This document shows, piece after piece, positions 58,120 through 64,000 of a stretch of 64,000 nt of DNA; the first letter of the stretch is position 1, and each line of letters opens with the position of its first letter. The stretch is from Octopus vulgaris (taxonomy: Eukaryota), in NCBI GenBank assembly GCA_951406725.2, contig OX597830.1, positions 49,290,001 through 49,354,000 on the forward strand, read 5' to 3'. The notes under the pieces are model-generated. The model made no database searches. It was given only the letters and a program-made list of their open reading frames with translations, and was not told the origin of the DNA. The position numbers and the translations under genes were made by a program.

Positions 58120-59414
58120 CCAGGATAATGTAAGATTAAGCAGCAGAAAACGTAACCACAAACTAAAGAATTGTTCTCTAAATCAGTGCGCTCAATGTGA
58201 AATGGAGGAAAGAACTACTTGCAAAAGGATAAAATATATAAAATAAAAATAAAGACAAGCAGGAAAAGAAGCAAGGTTCGACATAAAAAAACGGATAAGA
58301 ATATACGGAGGCGGAGCAACTGTGCAAAGAAAAAAGAAACATTAAAATCATTGAAAGACAGAAGTAAAGCTCACATTTCTGACGGGCAATGCGTTGATGT
58401 AGGAAATTAATATATATGCAAAAAGAGCGCGTTTTTGCACTATACAGAGATTTATTGATATGCATAACAGAGACAAAGTGTGTAAATGTCACCTTAATAG
58501 ACACAACCTGAAACCACCAGCCAGATAGAAAAAGGTCTTTATGATAAATTGATAAACCTATTCTGTAAAAAGCCAAATGGATAGAAATTACTTGTGGCTG
58601 TCAAGTGGAGACAATACATTGTCTGTATTTATAAACTGTACAAATAATTTATTGAGGTAGCTAAATACAATTATACCGATGCAGCACATTGTGCATTAAA
58701 CTATAACTACATCACAAAGTGCTTTGTATGCTGGTGGTTCGTAGTGAATGTTCCAGCAAGTAATGAAAAACAATCCAACAGCTCAGGACGAATGCTGTAT
58801 TTACAACATACAAAGCAGATTCTACAACTGTAAGAAACTGAACATAACTAGATTTATCTAAATATATCTGCTCAATGAATAAGAAAAGACATAATCACGT
58901 GATCGGTGAATGGTTAGCTTTAGAATTTGATAATTTCTGAACAAAGGTAGTAAAAGGATGTAAGATGTGTCTTGCAGAAAATTATAATGAATCATTTCTC
59001 ACAAAAGCCAAAGGACTTACGTTGTAAGTTACATGGTCGATTTGAACGAAAGGCAAACTAGGCCTGGGAAGGATCAAATTCAAAACGAAAAGGGCCTTTA
59101 CTGAATACCAAAAGATAAATTAGAGCACACTCCGATAAGTCTCCATATGCACCACCCAATAATTCACATTTTATGAAAGCTAAGAGATGGCTCTTAAAAC
59201 GAGGCTTAGAAGCACAAAGATTCACAAGAGCGACACAAATACCGGCTTCTATGGACACAATCAATCAGTCGCTTAGCGCATCGATACATGAACAGTTGTC
59301 AATGAGATAAAAGAGCGAGGTGACAGAAACCATTCATGCTAAAGATCGAACGGAGAAGTTATTCTAAAATGAAGAGCTTTTGGATAAAGATTGCTAACAA
59401 ATATCCTGTGAAAC

Positions 59415-59532
59415 ACGCCTGATGACGATAATGCATAAGACTTGTTTTATTTCTATTCCTGAGCGCCATACAATTGTTTGTTTGTACTCCACCTGCCTTC
59501 GTCTTTTGTTTATTTTCGTAAACCTTCCCGTT
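59415..59532 (+). mobile_element. PLE-like 3' fragment of the 3208 family with decayed HHR
   Basis: CTGATGA.gataatgcata.agac followed by cctgagcgccatac...ccacctgccttcgtcttttgtttattttcgtaaac-(TA)n. Confidence 0.55.
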
Positions 59533-59702
59533 ATATATATATATATATATATACAATAAAAGCAATTAAGATTCAAGTCAATTCTAATGAATTTACTTGA
59601 ATGCGGTACTTAACTTAGATGCACCAGAAAACTATATGGTGTTAACCATGCAGTAATGTGGGGTGATTATAAACGAGAAAGAAGCAACAAGAATGGATTA
59701 GT

Positions 59703-59793
59703 TTTTAGTACAATTGTTTCATACAAAGACAGGCTTTATTAAAAGTTGCAAATATTGCAGCAGATAAAAGTGTCCCGTACTCATCAGCTAAAA
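59703..59793 (-). ncRNA. Type I hammerhead with extended stem II (minus strand)
   Basis: Reverse complement of 60045-60135. Confidence 0.8.
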
Positions 59794-60044
59794 CACATAT
59801 GAGTTCTCCAAACATCTTAGTGGGTGAGGCTATACTCATGAATATTGGAGATAATTTCATTAAAAGCAGATTTAGGTTGTAAACAGACTTCCGAAGTTCT
59901 GCTATGTTCTGTGATAAGACTGTGCATCATCATTAAAGAACTTCGGAAGTCTGTTTACAACCTAAATCTGCTTTTAATGAAATTATCTCCAATACTTCAT
60001 GAGTATAGCCTCACCCACTAAGATGTTTGGAGAACTCATATGTG

Positions 60045-60135
60045 TTTTAGCTGATGAGTACGGGACACTTTTATCTGCTGCAATATTTGCAACTTTTAAT
60101 AAAACCTGTCTTTGTATGAAACAATTGTACTAAAA
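60045..60135 (+). ncRNA. Type I hammerhead with extended stem II (plus strand)
   Basis: uuuuag-CUGAUGA-[guacgggaca..uuuuau..ugcaa uau uugca..auaaaa..ugucuuuguau]-GAAAC-aauu-GUA^-cuaaaa. Confidence 0.82.
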
Positions 60136-60159
60136 ACTAATCCATTCTTGTTGCTTCTT

Positions 60160-60217
<58 letters not shown>

Positions 60218-60236
60218 ATCTATCTATCTATCTATC

Positions 60237-60276
<40 letters not shown>

Positions 60277-61377
60277 GCTAGCTAGCTATCTATCTATATA
60301 TATATAACACTTATGTACTGTGGTTGTCATGAGTTCATGAACTTTAGCACAGTAGGACTGAACCTGAAGCCATACTTCCATGACTGCATGTATATATGCA
60401 CACACAAACACACACACACACACACACATGTATAGTGTATATATATATATATTAAAATGAAAATGAGGATGAAAAATTGGATATTAACACCAGTGGTCTA
60501 GCATATAAAAAAACATATATATGAACAAATATACAAATACATGCGTATGCGCACACACAAACATACTCATATGTATGAAGAAAATTATACACAGACACAC
60601 ATACACATATATGTGTACATACATATATATACTCTGAATTCTGTTGTGGAATGGTCTGTAATGATGTGAGTCACCGAGGACGGAGCAAACGTCAGAGTAT
60701 AGTGTCGGCTTTTGATTTGATAAACGTGTATAGACAACTATTTCTAGACGTGTATATATGCTTAGGCGTGTACTGTGAGTGCGTGCATGTGTGTGTTCGT
60801 GCATGTGTGTGTGTATGTGTGTGTGGTGTGCGCGTGAGACAGATAGATAGGTGGATAGAGAGGGAGATAGAGGACAATATATAAATGATGAGCGAGAGTT
60901 ATCCTGACAGATAGGTTTATATATGTAGATTAAGTGTTAAAAGTTTTCAGTTATGGAAACTCGGCGAAATGTAACTATATTAGATTGTTCGAAATCCGTA
61001 TAATTATCAATGTGGTGACTCATGTAAAACCGAAGCAAAGTCGCAATAAAAATTATCTGAATGCTATTTGCTTATTATTGAAATACTAGCGCGTAAAATC
61101 CTCACAAATAAACATAAATTCTGTCTACATTTCCGTATTGAGTCTGTCATTGGATTATGGCTTAAAATCATACACAAAACAGAAATATTTACAGGAATAA
61201 ATTACATAATGGTATATGGAACAGTATATCCAAATATATCTGAATTGCAAACCTTTCGTTTGTTTATCTTTTATCATCAACAATAAAACAAATGTATATT
61301 GCAATGACAAGACTAGAATGTTCACAACTATTATAATATTCAATAACTACAAGAGATAATAATCAATAACTACAATA

Positions 61378-61378
61378 G

Positions 61379-61442
<64 letters not shown>

Positions 61443-61462
61443 CAATAACAATAACAATAACA

Positions 61463-61526
<64 letters not shown>

Positions 61527-61733
61527 TAATAATAATAATAATAACAACAACAATAATAATAATAACTAATAATAATAATAGTGTCATGCGCTGTTTATCT
61601 TGAGAACACCATATCGTGCACATATGGTCGTGATGTATGTGCCTGGTCTACCCTTATCAGACGGGTTGCCATGATGGGTATACTGGGTATATTTGTACTC
61701 CAGTGTCACTTTGATGGCATGCGCTGCTCTCAC

Positions 61734-61767
<34 letters not shown>

Positions 61768-62327
61768 GAATAATAATAATAATAATAATAATAATGCCCT
61801 GATGCAGTACCAGGCAGAGGCTCTCATGGCTTCTGATCTTAACTGATTGGAAGTGGTATCATGTACATTGTTCTGTCTTGGTATAAAAGATGGGCTACAG
61901 CAAATATTCTGCTCAATACCACAGATTTGCTTGTCAGTTGTTTGACCTTAACCAGTTGAGCATGTCCCTTAGTGGCTGACAATACGTGCATCTCTGATCA
62001 CGAGCAGAAGTAGTGGGGGAGCATCATGGCCATGTGTTGAGAGGGATTCTTTGGAGTTTGAATAATTCACCTCTGGAAACATAGGTGTTTCGTTCAACAT
62101 CCTAAAGCAACCCTTATTCAGGGACCTTTTGAGCGGGATGGGCTACTCAACCTGAAGAAAATTCTAACTGGGCCCCACCTGCAAGGTCATGTGCTGTTTA
62201 TCTTGATATGAGATCACCATGTCGCGCACATATGGTTGTGATGCATACGGGTAGTCATGATGGGTATATTGGGCTTCGTATATTTTACCCCAGTGTCACT
62301 TTGATGGCATGAACTGCTCTCTCACTC

Positions 62328-62370
<43 letters not shown>

Positions 62371-62379
62371 GTAATAATA

Positions 62380-62438
<59 letters not shown>

Positions 62439-62440
62439 TA
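61378..62440 (+). repeat. (TAA)n array interrupted by two copies of an unclassified element
   Basis: 61582-61733 matches the 3' end (about 62185-62327) of 61796-62327; both are followed by (TAA)n. Confidence 0.8.
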
Positions 62441-62769
62441 TAGTTGCTTTAAGCTACTCCAATATAGGGATTTGAAATCGACTATAGGGCACTTCCAGGT
62501 AACTGTAAGAGGATTTCATGTTATTTTGTAAGTTAAGACGAAGCATATGTAACCTGAAACCGCTATACCATTGATACTTTCCATCCCGAATAGAAAATAT
62601 ATTGCGTGAAAAAGGATCATAGTTAAAATTAAATATATGCACATTGAGGAAAGAACGATGGAGTGACGTTTTCGAAGCTTGACTATTACAATAAAGACCT
62701 GCAGCTCGAAAAAGTTATTTAAGTATTTCATGCGCTCCAAAATTACAAGATTATATATATATGCTTGTT

Positions 62770-63260
62770 CACATCATCATGGTCGAAAACTACGGGTATA
62801 TGCATAATCTCTCCACATTAATTAATATTTGTAGCCATGCTTCTATATTAAGAATGAAGCCTTTCGCTACATTCTTTGGTGTCGTCCAATCAATGAATTC
62901 TCCCCTTCCTCGTTTCCCATTGACTCTTTTCTCTACGATGTGGGTGTTGAGGTTGTGGGACTTGATGGCTTGCTCAAAATACTGCTGCGTTCTGTTCCTG
63001 GCTGTTACCAAAAAATACTCTATTTTTCCCTTCCACAAATGCTTAATTGTTTCTGTAATGGTTAGTTCTGCTAAACCTCAATAATCTTCGGTTGCGCGAA
63101 GCTTGCTTGTGTTACTTCCCTTAAATATCCAACTTTCACACCACACAATGCAACAGATCAAACTGGTGCCTTAAGGAACTTTAATTTGGTATTAAGAACT
63201 GGTTTTCCAGTTTGTATTGAGTAAGTCTGATCTGTTTCTATATCGATCTATAGGAGTAGA
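62770..63260 (-). mobile_element. RTE-type LINE 3' remnant
   Basis: Minus strand translates to AIKSHNL..HIVEKRVNGKRGRG...DW. Confidence 0.65.
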
Positions 63261-63314
63261 ATGTTGATCTAATAGACATTATATCTAAGAGACATAAGAC
63301 TTGTCAGTCCGCCT

Positions 63315-64000
63315 TATGGTCCCAGCGGACTAAATGGAAAAGGTGTAGCCCTGGAGAATGGCGAGGTAGACACCCTATAACAACCACTCCGACTCACAAA
63401 GTCCGCTCTTGCGAAAATCCATCTCTGCAGTGAACAGGGATGTTTCGAGTCCGTGTACGCCAGAGATCCCGTGTACTGCCACAGGCTCGACAACAAATAC
63501 TTTGACAATTTGACCTCCTCGACTTGACGAGCCTGGGCTTGCAGTTGAGCACACCAGGTTGCCAAAGGAAAGGTGCCGCTGCATGTGGCGTCCCAGACGA
63601 AAGCCCTACAACCGTGGAACGGGAAAATTGTCGCCGTCTGGCCTTTCACTATCACCCTGTCCAGCTCCGTTGGCTCAAGTTGGGTGGGGAGGAGGTTGCG
63701 GCCTTTAAGCCATGCTCTATGTTCTCATTGAGAGAAGCATGGCTTGGAATGTGGTTAACACTAGATGGCATGATAGTAGGTGGAGGCTGACAGATTCCAT
63801 AGCGGAACCGCAGCGGCATTTGTGAAAACCACAGGTCCATAGGCCAGCCCTCAGTGAAACACCGATGCTCAAATAGTCGCTGGCCTGCTGAGTGCCAATC
63901 GAAAGTGACGGCACTGCATTGAGCCAGGCACCACTGAGGGAAGATCGGAAACATACTAGGCGGCGCTGGTCAAGATGGTGCACCGGCAGTAAATTACTGG
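63315..64000 (-). pseudogene. Second CRE-clade non-LTR remnant (runs off the window)
   Basis: Translates to LDQRRL...SGAWLNAVPSLSIGT, HKCRCG, RPDG and FVWDATCSGTF; homologous to 30660-31578. Confidence 0.85.

Larger units (their letters stand above)
59555..60163. mobile_element. (TA)n-embedded PLE-like element with a 226-bp near-perfect inverted repeat
   Basis: Arms 59675-59900 and 59937-60163 differ by about 1 substitution and 1 indel and enclose a 36-bp spacer. Confidence 0.88.

Noticed and set aside
58900-59410. Possible hAT transposase remnant (RWL..RG, FWIKI..KYP)
   Set aside because: The motifs are too short and degraded to support without a search.

Overview
Eukaryotic, AT-rich, microsatellite-dense non-coding DNA with (TA)n, (CA)n, (TATG)n, (CTAT)n, (GA)n and (TAA)n arrays. 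The repeat landscape suggests a coleoid cephalopod, probably Octopus (inference only). No intact host gene, rRNA, true tRNA or CRISPR array is evident; most ORFs in the track are microsatellite artefacts. The window holds decayed mariner/Tc1 transposons, CRE-, R4/Dong-, RTE- and CR1-type LINE remnants, a Penelope-like GIY-YIG remnant, a non-autonomous Helitron, several tRNA-headed SINE families and two 1.3-1.5 kb tandem duplications. The most notable signal is a set of short non-coding elements embedded in (TA)n that carry type I hammerhead ribozyme (HHR) motifs and often fold back on themselves. These include a duplicated ~400-nt rod-like foldback with opposite-polarity HHRs at its apex (14191-14591, 15702-16103) and a near-perfect 226-bp inverted repeat with an extended-stem-II HHR on each strand (59675-60163). 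All alignments and folds were done by eye, so coordinates may be off by a few bases.
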